A DNA stretch of 64,000 bases from a bacterium (GCA_963675295.2 CAXXKJ010000002.1:1504001-1568000), one strand, 5' to 3'; positions 51,461-61,773 are shown, counted from the first letter of the stretch. Program-made: numbers and translations. Notes: a model not told the origin generated them from the sequence alone.

Positions 51461-53479
51461 ATGAAAATGCGAATCCTGTCGGTCCTCGTGCTCATCCTGG
51501 CTCTCACCGTGGGCGCTGAGGCCTACGAACGAACTGTGATGGTAGAGTATTTCAGTAACAACGCTTGCGGCCCATGCGGCACCTACTACTACGAAGTCGA
51601 GAACTTCTTCAACCAGTACACTAGAGAGGAAGCGGCTTTCATGGTGTACCACATGAGCTGGCCGAGCAGCGGCGATCCGTACTATGTGGCGAATCCGTCC
51701 GAAAACGGAGCCCGTCGCAGCTACTACAATTTCAACTCAGTTCCGTATTTCCGAGTTGACGGGATTTATGCGTCGACCAGTTTCTCTTCGTTGTTTGCTA
51801 ACATCGCTGCCCGAGTGGGACAATACACCCCGGTTGAAATCATTCTCGACGGCGGATACTACAACTTCGAGGGCGAGTTAACAGCGGAAATCACAGTCAA
51901 TTCCGATATCGCATTGGATGGATGTCGCCTGCAGGTCCTACTGATTGATCTGGACAGCCCTTATCCTCCAGGTTCGAATGGTCTCGATTATGTCTACAAC
52001 ATGTTGGACATGAATCCGACGGCATCCGGTACGGATCTCGGCGGTATCGGCGCGGGTGGATCTGAATCGTTCAGTTTCCAGTTCGAAACCTGGGCGGATC
52101 ATGAGCCGGACAACTACGGCTTCGTCTTCTTCGTGCAGGACTATGCGACCAAGGAAGTTCACCAGGCGCTTCAGGTGAATAGTGTCGACATCCTCTTCCC
52201 GTTGTTGACCTATATCGATTACGACGTTGACGATGCCGGCCAGGTGATGCCGAACGGCCGCCCTGATCCAGGTGAAACAGTGGAGATGACGGTTACCGTG
52301 CAGAACGACGTCGCCTTCCTCGCGACGGATAATCTGACCGCTACCCTCACCTGCGACAGCGATGAAATCAACATCACGCATGACGTCGCAAGTTATCCGC
52401 AGATCGTGCCGGGAACGATGATGTCGAATGCGTCCGACCCCTTCGTGATCGAAGTCCCGGATGATCTGGACCCTCAGTATGTGACCTTCACCGTGCAGTT
52501 TGTTGACGGTTCCGGCTATCAGGCGGAGTTCGAGATTCTGCAGCTGGTCGGTCAGCCGGCGGTTGCCATGATCGACGACAGCCCGGCGGACGAGGAGCTG
52601 TACCAGGTGTATTTCGACCTGATGCTCGAATCGGGTATCGTGATGGATGTGTTGACCGGAACGGAAGCGGTGACCACCGACATTTCCATGTTCGATGTGC
52701 TGGTGTGGAACACGTCGAACGCGACGGATGATGTGTTGAACGCGTTCGAGGTCAATGTGATCTCCACCTTCCTCGACGCCGGCGGCAAGGTGCTGCTCAG
52801 CGGTGAGAACATCGGTGAATTTGCCGGCACGGAAGATCTGCTCGCGGATTACTTCATGGCCGAACATGAACTGGATTATGTTGGCCAGTCCTACATCCTG
52901 TTGCTGGGTTCTGCGGACGGTCCGTTCCCGGACGCCGAACTGATCATCAGCGGAGGCGTAAGTACGACGGAGGGACAGTCCTCGGTAACGCCGTTGGCGG
53001 GTGCGGAGAGCCTGTTCTACTACTATTCCATCGAAAATATCGCCGGTGTCGGCTACACCGGCGACACATTCTCGACCGTGTACCTGCCGTTCAACCTGGA
53101 AGCGGTCTCGGGTGTGGGCGAATCATGGAGTGCGGCGGATCTGCTGTGGACTTGCCTGCACTGGATGGGCGCGACGACGTCCGTCGAGGATGCTCCGGCC
53201 GCGGAGGCCGTGCTGCCGCAAAACGTCACGCTGAGCGGTTATCCGAACCCGTTCAACGCGGCGATGACGGTCAGCTACACGTTGCCGGCGGCGGCGGAGG
53301 TCGAGCTGAGCGTGATCAATCTGCTCGGTCAGACGGTTGCCGAACTCAGCAGCGGCCAGGTAGCTGCCGGTGTGCATGAGGTGACGTGGGATGCGTCCAC
53401 GCTGTCCAGTGGCGTGTATTTCCTCAATCTGCGTGCCGGCGACGACATGCGGATGGAAAAGGTGATGCTGCTGAAGTGA
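51461..53479 (+). CDS. Omp28-like/thioredoxin-fold secreted protein with C-terminal sorting domain, paralog 1 (CGPC)
   Basis: Signal peptide; VMVEYFSNNACGPC; YHMSWP..GDPYY; R..YY....VP.F.VDG; NGRPDPGE domain; YPNPFN tail. Confidence 0.85.
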   Translation: MKMRILSVLVLILALTVGAEAYERTVMVEYFSNNACGPCGTYYYEVENFFNQYTREEAAFMVYHMSWPSSGDPYYVANPSENGARRSYYNFNSVPYFRVDGIYASTSFSSLFANIAARVGQYTPVEIILDGGYYNFEGELTAEITVNSDIALDGCRLQVLLIDLDSPYPPGSNGLDYVYNMLDMNPTASGTDLGGIGAGGSESFSFQFETWADHEPDNYGFVFFVQDYATKEVHQALQVNSVDILFPLLTYIDYDVDDAGQVMPNGRPDPGETVEMTVTVQNDVAFLATDNLTATLTCDSDEINITHDVASYPQIVPGTMMSNASDPFVIEVPDDLDPQYVTFTVQFVDGSGYQAEFEILQLVGQPAVAMIDDSPADEELYQVYFDLMLESGIVMDVLTGTEAVTTDISMFDVLVWNTSNATDDVLNAFEVNVISTFLDAGGKVLLSGENIGEFAGTEDLLADYFMAEHELDYVGQSYILLLGSADGPFPDAELIISGGVSTTEGQSSVTPLAGAESLFYYYSIENIAGVGYTGDTFSTVYLPFNLEAVSGVGESWSAADLLWTCLHWMGATTSVEDAPAAEAVLPQNVTLSGYPNPFNAAMTVSYTLPAAAEVELSVINLLGQTVAELSSGQVAAGVHEVTWDASTLSSGVYFLNLRAGDDMRMEKVMLLK

Positions 53480-53529
53480 GGCGCACCCGAGGCAACAGAC
53501 GCAACAGACAATTGATTCAGAGTTTATCC

Positions 53530-53564
53530 CTGCCACGGACGCGAGTTCGTGGCAGTTTTCTTTT
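53530..53564 (+). terminator. Rho-independent terminator after paralog 1
   Basis: CTGCCACGGAC-gcga-GTTCGTGGCAG followed by TTTTCTTTT. A related hairpin follows paralog 2 (~55788-55823). Confidence 0.7.
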
Positions 53565-53700
53565 CAGGCTCCCCTGTGAGCGTTGCCCTGACTGTACAAC
53601 GTGCAATCCCGCTCCAGCCCTTGCGAACAGCCTGTCTGGAGCAGTTCCTTGCAGCAGTGCGGGTTTTCAGCCCGTAGCGATTCAACCTGGAGACGAGTCG

Positions 53701-55728
53701 ATGAAAATGCGAATCGTGTTGGTTCTCATGTTCATCCTGGCCTTTTCAGCGCATGTTCGGGCCTATGAGAAGACCGTACTGGTTGAGTTCTTCACGAATT
53801 ATTTAAGCCTCACCTGCCCGAGTCAGGAACCCGTCATCCTGCAGTGGTTGAACATCACCAGCCGCGATGACGCCGTACTGGTTACATACCACCTCGCATG
53901 GCCGGACCCGGAAGACTGGTATTTCGCTGCTAATCCAAATCCGGCTTCACGCTGGAATTACTACGTGCAGGGAACTCAGGGATTGCCCTATTTCATTGTG
54001 GACGGACTGGACAACAGCAACACCTTCAGTTCGCTGTTTACCGTGATTAACAACCATATCGGCAGTTACACACCAGTGGAGATTGCGGTTCAGGACGCCA
54101 CGATCCATCTGGATGGCACGATATCCGCGCAGGTAACCATCAGCAGTGACCAGGCGCTGAGCGGACACCGGCTGCACGTCGTGCTCAACGATATCATTTG
54201 CCCGTACGGAGAAGCACCGAACGGATATCAGAACTACCGCTACAACGTGCTGGACATGGTTCCAGACACTCTCGGCACCGATCTCGGCAGCATTCCGGCG
54301 GGTGGCTCGGAAAGCTTCGACTTCTCATTTGACCAGTCGCCAGACCACGACGAACAAAACCAGGGCATCACCTTCTTCGTGCAGAATGCCGCCTCCCGGG
54401 AAATCCTGCAGGTGAAGGCGGTTGACAACCTGACGATTGCCTATCCCAACCTCAGCGTGATGGAGTACCAACTGGACGATTCGGACCAGGTGTTGCCGAA
54501 CGGACGTCCCGACCCCGGCGAGAGTGTGGACCTGATCGTGACCGTGCACAACCAGGAGCTGTATCAGGCAACGAACAATCTCACCGCCAGCATCAGCTGC
54601 GACAACGATCAGATCACGTTCTCACATGATACAGTCACCTGGCCGGAAATTGCCCCGGGAGCTTCGGTGTCGAATGCGGCGGAACCGTTCGTGATCGATG
54701 TGCCGATGGGTGTGCCCGCCCAATTTGTCACCTTCAACGTGCAGTTCGAGGACGGGTCCGGGTACGAGCTGGAGTGGGATTTCCCGCAGCTTGTCGGCTC
54801 ACCCGACCTCGCACTGGTCGATGACAGCCCGGCGGATCTCGATTTGGACACGTATCTCTTCGACCTCGTGCTGCAGTCGGGTCTGACAATGGAGATTGTG
54901 ACCTCAGCGCAAGCGTTGACGACGGACCTCGACGAGTACGACGCGCTGGTGTGGCTTACGTCCAACGCGACAGTTGACGTGTTGACGACGCAAGAGGTCA
55001 ATGCGCTGTCGAGCTACCTCGATGCGGGCGGCAAGGTGCTGCTGAGCGGAGAAAACATTGGCGAAGCTACAGGCACCGGCGATCTGTTGGCCACGTGGTT
55101 TATGGTGCAGCATGAGCTGGATGACATCGGCGATCCGGCCGCGCAGCTGAACGGCTTTCCGGCGGGACCATTCCCGGAGGCGCTGCTGTTTCTCAGTGCT
55201 GGTGGCGCAGGCACGTCCGTAGCGCCGTCATCCATCACGCCGCTGCCGGGCGCAACCGGTTTGTTCGAGTATGACGTGGATGGATCGATCGGCGGGGTCG
55301 GCTACAACGGGGATACGTGGTCGGCCGTGTACCTGGCGTTCAACCTCGAAGCGGTATCCGGCAGTACTGAGTCCTGGCGCGGCGCGGATGTGCTCTGGAA
55401 CTGCATGCACTGGATGGGCGCGACGACATCGGTTGAAGAGGATTCCACGCCGGAATCGGTACTCCCGATGGCAGTGAAATTGACCGGTTTTCCAAATCCC
55501 TTCAATGCCGAAATGACGGTCAGCTATACGCTTCCGATGGCGGCGGAGGTAGAGCTGACGGTGGTCAATCTGCTCGGGCAGACCGTTGCCGAACTAAGCC
55601 GTGGCCAGCTAGCTGCCGGTGTGCATGAGGTTACGTGGAACGCGTCTACCCTGTCGAGTGGCGTGTATTTCCTCGGATTGCGGTCAGGTGACACACTACG
55701 GATGGAAAAGGTGGTCCTGTTGAAGTAA
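53701..55728 (+). CDS. Omp28-like secreted protein, paralog 2 (SLTC)
   Basis: Collinear with paralog 1; CxxC replaced by SxxC (NYLSLTCP). Confidence 0.85.
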   Translation: MKMRIVLVLMFILAFSAHVRAYEKTVLVEFFTNYLSLTCPSQEPVILQWLNITSRDDAVLVTYHLAWPDPEDWYFAANPNPASRWNYYVQGTQGLPYFIVDGLDNSNTFSSLFTVINNHIGSYTPVEIAVQDATIHLDGTISAQVTISSDQALSGHRLHVVLNDIICPYGEAPNGYQNYRYNVLDMVPDTLGTDLGSIPAGGSESFDFSFDQSPDHDEQNQGITFFVQNAASREILQVKAVDNLTIAYPNLSVMEYQLDDSDQVLPNGRPDPGESVDLIVTVHNQELYQATNNLTASISCDNDQITFSHDTVTWPEIAPGASVSNAAEPFVIDVPMGVPAQFVTFNVQFEDGSGYELEWDFPQLVGSPDLALVDDSPADLDLDTYLFDLVLQSGLTMEIVTSAQALTTDLDEYDALVWLTSNATVDVLTTQEVNALSSYLDAGGKVLLSGENIGEATGTGDLLATWFMVQHELDDIGDPAAQLNGFPAGPFPEALLFLSAGGAGTSVAPSSITPLPGATGLFEYDVDGSIGGVGYNGDTWSAVYLAFNLEAVSGSTESWRGADVLWNCMHWMGATTSVEEDSTPESVLPMAVKLTGFPNPFNAEMTVSYTLPMAAEVELTVVNLLGQTVAELSRGQLAAGVHEVTWNASTLSSGVYFLGLRSGDTLRMEKVVLLK

Positions 55729-55963
55729 AAGTGAGCAAAGGTCGGGAGCAGACGAACAATACAGGAAGAGAGTGTAAAATAAGAAGCATGCCGCGGGCTA
55801 GTGTTCGTGGCATTTATTTGTTTCAGGAAGCCTATTGCTGGTTTCTGACTCACGGATAAATGATCTAAGGTCGTTCTAAGACTTGCAATAGGTATATGTT
55901 GAGCAGTTTATTACCAGTCTTCGGGGGAGTGCATCGATTCCAACCCAACAAGGAGGGGTAGCG

Positions 55964-57988
55964 ATGCAACTGAGATTCGTGCTTGTCCTCTTCGTCATTT
56001 CCGCACTTGTCGTACCTGTCCAAGCCTACGAAAAAACCGTGATGGTTGAACATTTCAGCAACTATGGCTGCGGACCATGCGCGAGAAACTACGATCAGGT
56101 TGAGGATTTCTTTGCACAGTATTCCAGGGATGAAGCGGTTCTCATCACGTATCACGAGTGGTGGCCGCTTGTAAATGATTGGTATTACTTGATTAATCCC
56201 GATCCTGCAGAACGTTTTGACTACTATGAAGATCTAATGGGCATTCCAACCTTCATGGTTGACGGATTGTACACGCATATCAGAATGATCGATGCGATGA
56301 ATTCAATCGATGATCTGATCGGTGAGTACACACGGCTCGAGATCATCGTGGATACAGCCACAGTGCACATGGATGGGACAATTAACACGCAGGTGACCCT
56401 GAACACGGATCTTTCGTTGAGCGGATACAGTCTGCGGGCTGTACTGATCGACAAGGATTGTGCGTACGGGAAGGCGCCAAATACCATAGAGAATTATCAC
56501 TGGAACGTGCTGCAAATGGTACCGGATATCATTGGAATCGACCTGAGTGATATTCCCGCGAATGGTACGGAGACCTTCGATTTCACGTTCAACTTGTGGC
56601 CGGACCACAGGGCTGACAACATCGCGCTGGTCTTCTTCGCGCAAAATCGTGGTTTCCAGAATGTCGCGCAGGCAACGTACTCAGACGACTTCGACATCCT
56701 GTTTCCGGGTGTTTCGATTGTCGATTATGAGTTCGATGATTACGGTCAGTCGAAGCCGAACGGTCAGCCGGATCCCGGTGAGTGTGTTGACCTGATTCTC
56801 AACCTGGAGAATGGGGAAGAGTTCCTCTCGACCGACAACCTGGTTGGAACGTTATCCTGCAGCAATGACCAGATCACGATTTCTCAGGCTACTGCGACCT
56901 GGGACGACATATCACCGGGAGCGATGGCGAGGAACACGCCGGAACCATTTGAGATCATGATCCCGGCGAATTTTGCGCCGGAATATGTCACCTTCAGCGT
57001 GCACTTCGTGGATGGATGTGGCTACGAATCCGATTGTGAATTCTTGCAGCTGGTTGGCCAACCAACCATAGCGCTGATTGACGACAGCCGGCCTGAAGAG
57101 GACCTCTTCGACGACCTGTTTACAATGATGCTGGAATCGGGTATCACCATGGAGATGCTGACGTCGTCACAGGCTGTCGCGATGGATCTGACGCAGTACG
57201 CTGCACTGGTCTGGATCACGTCAAATGCGACCAGCTATCCGCTGAGTACCACGGAAAGAGAAACGATTGCGACCTATCTCGGCAAAGGTGGAAAACTTTT
57301 GCTAAGTGGTGAAAATATCGGTGAAGACAGTAGCACAGAAGACCTGCTGGCAACCTATTTCAAAGCTGAGCATGAGTTGGATAACGTCGGTGACTCGTTC
57401 GATCTGTTGTACGGTGTGTCAAGTGGTCCATTCCCCGAAGCCGTGATCTATATCACCTGCGACGGTATGGGTACCACACGTGACCAGGCATCGGTCACAC
57501 CGCTAGCGGAAGGAACGAGTTTATTCAGATACAACTTGATTGGAAATATTGGCGGCGTCGGGTATAACGGTGATATCTGGTCCGCGATCTATTTGCCATT
57601 CAACATCGAATCCGTGTCCGGTATCTACGATTCATGGCGCAGTGCGGACGTGCTCTGGAACTGCATGCACTGGATGGGCGCGACGACAGCGGTTGATGCA
57701 AAGCCGATTGAGCAAGTCGTCCTGCCACAGACTGTCGAGCTCAGCGGCTATCCGAACCCGTTCAACACCGCGATGACGATCAGCTACACATTGCCAACAG
57801 CGGCGGAGGTAGAGCTGACGGTGGTCAATCTGCTCGGGCAGACCGTTGCCGAACTAAGCCGTGGCCAGGTAGCTGCCGGTGTGCATGAGGTGACGTGGGA
57901 CGCTTCGGTGCTGTCAAGTGGGGTGTATTTCCTCAGTCTGCGGGCGGGTGATGTTAGGCGGATGGACAAGGTGGTTCTGTTGAAGTAA
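55964..57988 (+). CDS. Omp28-like secreted protein, paralog 3 (CGPC)
   Basis: Collinear with paralogs 1 and 2; VMVEHFSNYGCGPC. Confidence 0.85.
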   Translation: MQLRFVLVLFVISALVVPVQAYEKTVMVEHFSNYGCGPCARNYDQVEDFFAQYSRDEAVLITYHEWWPLVNDWYYLINPDPAERFDYYEDLMGIPTFMVDGLYTHIRMIDAMNSIDDLIGEYTRLEIIVDTATVHMDGTINTQVTLNTDLSLSGYSLRAVLIDKDCAYGKAPNTIENYHWNVLQMVPDIIGIDLSDIPANGTETFDFTFNLWPDHRADNIALVFFAQNRGFQNVAQATYSDDFDILFPGVSIVDYEFDDYGQSKPNGQPDPGECVDLILNLENGEEFLSTDNLVGTLSCSNDQITISQATATWDDISPGAMARNTPEPFEIMIPANFAPEYVTFSVHFVDGCGYESDCEFLQLVGQPTIALIDDSRPEEDLFDDLFTMMLESGITMEMLTSSQAVAMDLTQYAALVWITSNATSYPLSTTERETIATYLGKGGKLLLSGENIGEDSSTEDLLATYFKAEHELDNVGDSFDLLYGVSSGPFPEAVIYITCDGMGTTRDQASVTPLAEGTSLFRYNLIGNIGGVGYNGDIWSAIYLPFNIESVSGIYDSWRSADVLWNCMHWMGATTAVDAKPIEQVVLPQTVELSGYPNPFNTAMTISYTLPTAAEVELTVVNLLGQTVAELSRGQVAAGVHEVTWDASVLSSGVYFLSLRAGDVRRMDKVVLLK

Positions 57989-58096
57989 AAAGGAAGTACC
58001 AAGTCGAAGAGAAGTACGGAGTTTAAAGAAGTACAAGACAAGTAAGGAGTAAAAAGAAGTACCAAGAAGGAAGAAGCACTGAATAGATGAGAGGAA

Positions 58097-58126
58097 CGGG
58101 GACACTTACTCCGCTAAGTGTCCCCG
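58097..58126. repeat. 12-bp inverted repeat between convergent genes
   Basis: CGGGGACACTTA-ctccgc-TAAGTGTCCCCG. Confidence 0.8.
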
Positions 58127-58144
58127 ATTTATTTCATCTTCAGT

Positions 58145-58263
58145 ACTTTCGACTTTCGACTTTCGACTTTCGACTTTCGACTTTCGACTTTCGACTTTCG
58201 ACTTTCGACTTTCGACTTTCGACTTTCGACTTTCGACTTTCGACTTTCGACTTTCGACTTTCG
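58145..58263. repeat. Heptamer tandem repeat (ACTTTCG)x17
   Basis: Perfect units abutting the stop codon at 58265. Confidence 0.95.
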
Positions 58264-58264
58264 A

Positions 58265-58828
58265 CTACGCATGTTCCTTCCCGATCCAAGGGGTCTCATC
58301 GCTGCCGGCACGATGATTTGTCCAGCGGGCGAGAGTGAACAGCGTGTCACTGAGACGATTGACGAAGGTCAGCGAGTGCTCGTTGATTGCTTCGCCCATC
58401 TCGGCGATCTCGGTCAGGCGGCGTTCGCCACGGCGGCAGATGGTGCGGGCGACATGCAGTGCCGCGCCTGCCGGGTTTCCGCCGGGCAGGATGAAGTTCA
58501 TCAGCTGCGGCAGGTCTTCGTCCATTTCGTCGATCATGCGCTCGAGACGTGTGACATTGTCCTCGCTGATGCGTGGGATGCGGGCGTCTTCCTCGGTATC
58601 GGACGGCGGAGCGGCAACGTCCGAGCAAAGCACGTGCAGCCGTTCCTGAATCCAGTCAAGCTTTTCCTCGACGGCGGTATCCTCGTTCAGCGCGCGGACA
58701 AGCCCGATCTGGCTGTTGAGTTCGTCCATGGTGCCGTATACGTCCACTCGAGGGTGGTGCTTGGGAACACGTCCCCCGCGCAACAGGCTGGTTTGTCCCT
58801 TGTCGCCCGTCTTGGTATAAATTTTCAT
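58265..58828 (-). CDS. pduO: PduO-type cob(I)alamin adenosyltransferase
   Basis: MKIYTKTGDKGQT, YGTMDELNS, FILPGG, RTICRRGER, NRLSD.LF.LAR. Confidence 0.92.
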   Translation of the reverse strand: MKIYTKTGDKGQTSLLRGGRVPKHHPRVDVYGTMDELNSQIGLVRALNEDTAVEEKLDWIQERLHVLCSDVAAPPSDTEEDARIPRISEDNVTRLERMIDEMDEDLPQLMNFILPGGNPAGAALHVARTICRRGERRLTEIAEMGEAINEHSLTFVNRLSDTLFTLARWTNHRAGSDETPWIGKEHA

Positions 58829-59250
58829 GCCAGTCCTGCAGAAGGTGGTTGGTTAGGGTCAAAATCCGGCACGGGTGCCTCGTCGTCGTCTTGCTCGGCT
58901 TCCCGCAGACCAGTCTGCTTGGAAGAACGCCGCAGTGCACCCAATCGTTCCAGGTCGCTGGCGGCGGTGTTGTCTTCACGGAGGTGTTCGGTCAGATTGA
59001 GCAGGTACTCGCGGTGGATGTCACCGGGCTGCAACACGACACGGTAGAGGGAAAAGCCACGCCAGCGGCGATCACGGACCCAGCCAGCAAGGCGCAGACG
59101 GCTTAAATGCCGTGACACTTTCGGTTGCGCCAACTCCAGTGCCTGGCTCAAGTCGGCAACGGACAATTCGCCTGCCTGTTCCAATAGGAGCAGAATTCTC
59201 AGGCGGCTTTCTTCCCCCATGGCACGTAACAGCTCAACGGTACGATCCAT
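58825..59250 (-). CDS. ArsR/SmtB-family transcriptional regulator
   Basis: RLRILLLL...LSVADL...QPKVSRHLSRLRLAGWV; its stop overlaps the pduO start. Confidence 0.88.
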   Translation of the reverse strand: MDRTVELLRAMGEESRLRILLLLEQAGELSVADLSQALELAQPKVSRHLSRLRLAGWVRDRRWRGFSLYRVVLQPGDIHREYLLNLTEHLREDNTAASDLERLGALRRSSKQTGLREAEQDDDEAPVPDFDPNQPPSAGLA

Positions 59251-59263
59251 CAGCCCTCCTCAA

Positions 59264-59283
59264 ATATGCGCTTATGCGAATAT
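59264..59283. promoter_or_regulatory. Candidate ArsR autoregulatory operator
   Basis: Imperfect palindrome ATATGCGCTTATGCGAATAT just upstream of the RBS. Confidence 0.45.
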
Positions 59284-59440
59284 AGGTGTAGCAGAGTGTT
59301 GGGAACAAGCAATCCGGCGAGGCGTTTCTCGGGGGCAGGGACCCGTGAGTCGCAAGCTTGTCAAACGCCGGATCGCTCGCTAAGTTCGCAGAGGCGAGCA
59401 TCCCCACATCACACATTTTAACGCTTTGAGGAGAGACCTC

Positions 59441-60355
59441 ATGACGGACAGAGTTCGTGAGATTCTCAGCTGGTACGGCCACCGCAATGCCGGTGTGCGC
59501 ACAAATCTTTACCGCATGTTGATGCACGGCCGTCTCGGCGGCACCGGCAAGCTGGTGATCCTGCCGGTAGACCAGGGCTTCGAGCACGGACCGTTGCGGA
59601 CGTATCTGCCGAACGAACCGACGTTTGACCCGGATTATCATCCGCAACTGGCGTTGGCCGCCGGTACGAATGCGTACGCCGCCCCGCTCGGTTTCATCGA
59701 AGAAGCGGCCAACCGGTTCACCGGCCAGGTTCCGCTGATTCTGAAGGCGAACAACCACGACGTGCTGCACAAGGATACCGACCCGATTCCGGCGCGCACG
59801 GCGTCGGTACAAGACGCGGTCGAACTCGGCTGCGCGGGCGTTGGATTCACCATCTATCCGGGCTCGCTGGAGCGCGAGGAGATGTACGAGCAGGTTCGTG
59901 AGTACATCGAAGAAGCGCATGATGCCGGCCTGGCTGCGGTGATCTGGTCGTATCCACGCGGCGAGGACATTTCGAAACAGGGTGAGACGGCGGTGGATGT
60001 GTCGTGCTACGCGGCGCAGATCGCGGCTCAGCTCGGCGCGGACATCATCAAGGTCAAGCCGCCGACCGACTTTGTGGAGCAGGACGCGAACAGGAAGGCG
60101 ATCGAGGAATCCGGCGCGGATATCAGCACGTTGGCTGCACGCATCAAGCTGGTGGTCAAGAGTGCGTTCAACGGTCGCCGGATCGTGATCTTCTCCGGTG
60201 GTGGCAAGGGCACGGATGAGAGCGTGCTCGAAGCGATTCAGGGCATCCACGACGGTGGCGGCTTCGGTTCGATCATCGGCCGCAACTCGTTCCAGCGTCC
60301 GAAAGACGACGCGGTCAAACTGCTGCACAAGATCATGGATATCTACGCCGGCTGA
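59441..60355 (+). CDS. fbaB: Class I fructose-bisphosphate aldolase (DhnA type)
   Basis: ILPVDQGFEHGP, WSYPRG, GADIIKVK, SIIGRNSFQRP. Confidence 0.92.
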   Translation: MTDRVREILSWYGHRNAGVRTNLYRMLMHGRLGGTGKLVILPVDQGFEHGPLRTYLPNEPTFDPDYHPQLALAAGTNAYAAPLGFIEEAANRFTGQVPLILKANNHDVLHKDTDPIPARTASVQDAVELGCAGVGFTIYPGSLEREEMYEQVREYIEEAHDAGLAAVIWSYPRGEDISKQGETAVDVSCYAAQIAAQLGADIIKVKPPTDFVEQDANRKAIEESGADISTLAARIKLVVKSAFNGRRIVIFSGGGKGTDESVLEAIQGIHDGGGFGSIIGRNSFQRPKDDAVKLLHKIMDIYAG

Positions 60356-60437
60356 TCGCAGGACACAACCGATGACATTCAACCCCGGTCAGCGTGGCCG
60401 GGGTTTGTCGTCTCAACCAATCACGGAGGAGGCTACG

Positions 60438-60965
60438 ATGAAGCTGCAGGGAAAGAAAATCGCGCTGCTGATCGGTCCGTTGTTCGAGGACCATGAATTC
60501 TGGGTGCCGTACTATCGGCTGCTCGAAGAAGGGGCGGAGGTTACGGTGATCGGTGGTGACACGAAAACCGAGTATCCGAGCAAGCATCACGGTGTCGGCC
60601 GCAAGGCGGATGTCGCGTCCGAAAATGCGAATTCCAGCCAGTTTGATGCGGTAGTGGTACCGGGCGGTTTCGCCCCGGACCGGATGCGGCGTGACCCGCA
60701 CATGACGCTGCTGGTCAAGGAGATGTACGATGCCGGGAAGATTGTGGCGATGATCTGCCACGCCGGCTGGGTCGGCATCTCGGCGGGAATCGTAGATGGT
60801 CACAAATGCACCGGCAGCACCGGGATCCGTGACGATATCGTCAACGCCGGCGGGACCTGGGTCAACGAACCGGCGTTCCGTGATGGGAATATCGTCTGGG
60901 GTCGCGTTGTGGAGGATATCCCTGACTTCTGCCGGTTGCTGGTGGAAGAGGTGGCGCAGGGTTGA
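60438..60965 (+). CDS. DJ-1/PfpI-family protein
   Basis: FEDHE, VPGGFAPDRMRR, AMICHAGW; GGAGG RBS before ATG 60438. Confidence 0.9.
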   Translation: MKLQGKKIALLIGPLFEDHEFWVPYYRLLEEGAEVTVIGGDTKTEYPSKHHGVGRKADVASENANSSQFDAVVVPGGFAPDRMRRDPHMTLLVKEMYDAGKIVAMICHAGWVGISAGIVDGHKCTGSTGIRDDIVNAGGTWVNEPAFRDGNIVWGRVVEDIPDFCRLLVEEVAQG

Positions 60966-61084
60966 CGATTCCGTCGTGCCTGTCCCGGCGATGAAGCCAT
61001 GATGGGGACTCGAATTTCGCACGAGGTCGTGTCGAGACATCGCCGACACGGCCTCGTTTTGTATCGAGAATACCAAAAACAGGC

Positions 61085-61193
61085 TGCTACGAAAAGGTAA
61101 CACTTTCTTGGTCGATCGCTTGGCAACTCTGTTATAAGAACAAAATTATCAATAGGTTAGAACTATGATCAGGTATATGGCACGCTCCTTGAA
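61085..61193 (+). promoter_or_regulatory. sigma54-type promoter with IHF site and upstream palindrome
   Basis: TGGCACGCTCCTTGAA (-24/-12 like) at 61178; TATCAATAGGTTA (WATCAAN4TTR) at 61147; GAAAAG-N6-CTTTC at 61091. Confidence 0.6.
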
Positions 61194-61231
61194 GGTACGT
61201 TAAGCAGCACAACTTCGCTCAGGAGTGAACG

Positions 61232-61573
61232 ATGGTCAATCGGATTGATCGGCTGTACGAGCAGGGCCGTCCGCAGCCGGTCCAGAAAAGCGACCCCGCG
61301 AAGCAGACCGGAGTCGACCGGAAGGCCGAAGCCGGGGATATCGGTATGGTTCGGCGGCAGAATGTCGCGGAACGGATCGCACCACACTTGCACGACCAGG
61401 TGGAAATCAGCGAACAGGCGCGTGCGGCGATCAAAGCCGATGAGACGAAAGGTCTGCCGGACGCGTCCCCGGTGGGTGAGCAGACGATCCACGAGTTGCA
61501 GGACTCGTGGTACGCAACCGGCTACCAGCAGGCGCTGGATCAAGCCGATGCGATGCGCGAACCGCAAGAGTAG
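61232..61573 (+). CDS. Small hypothetical protein with FlgM-like 'DQVEISEQAR' motif
   Basis: AGGAG RBS; motif similarity only. Confidence 0.6.
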   Translation: MVNRIDRLYEQGRPQPVQKSDPAKQTGVDRKAEAGDIGMVRRQNVAERIAPHLHDQVEISEQARAAIKADETKGLPDASPVGEQTIHELQDSWYATGYQQALDQADAMREPQE

Positions 61574-61773
61574 GCTGTGAAAGGGAATACACGGCCTGTC
61601 ATCCGGGAAAACATCCCGGTGACGGCGTGGGATGAACAGGTTTCAATACTGATGGGATGCAACACGGGTGCTACGAAAAGGTGTCACTTTTCGCCGGATT
61701 TCAGCCGTTCGCACCCACATCCTTTATCGTTATCGGCAGCGTTTTAGAGAACTTGAGAGGCTCCGGAGGCGTA

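Noticed and set aside
55540-57898. DGR template/variable repeat pair
   Set aside because: The two mismatches are C/G and T/G on the plus strand, too few and not consistently adenine-specific. Both copies are coding, and no reverse transcriptase is in the window.
58118-58350. ORFs with FDFRLST or SRKSKVE repeats
   Set aside because: They are translations of the heptamer array, not supported genes.
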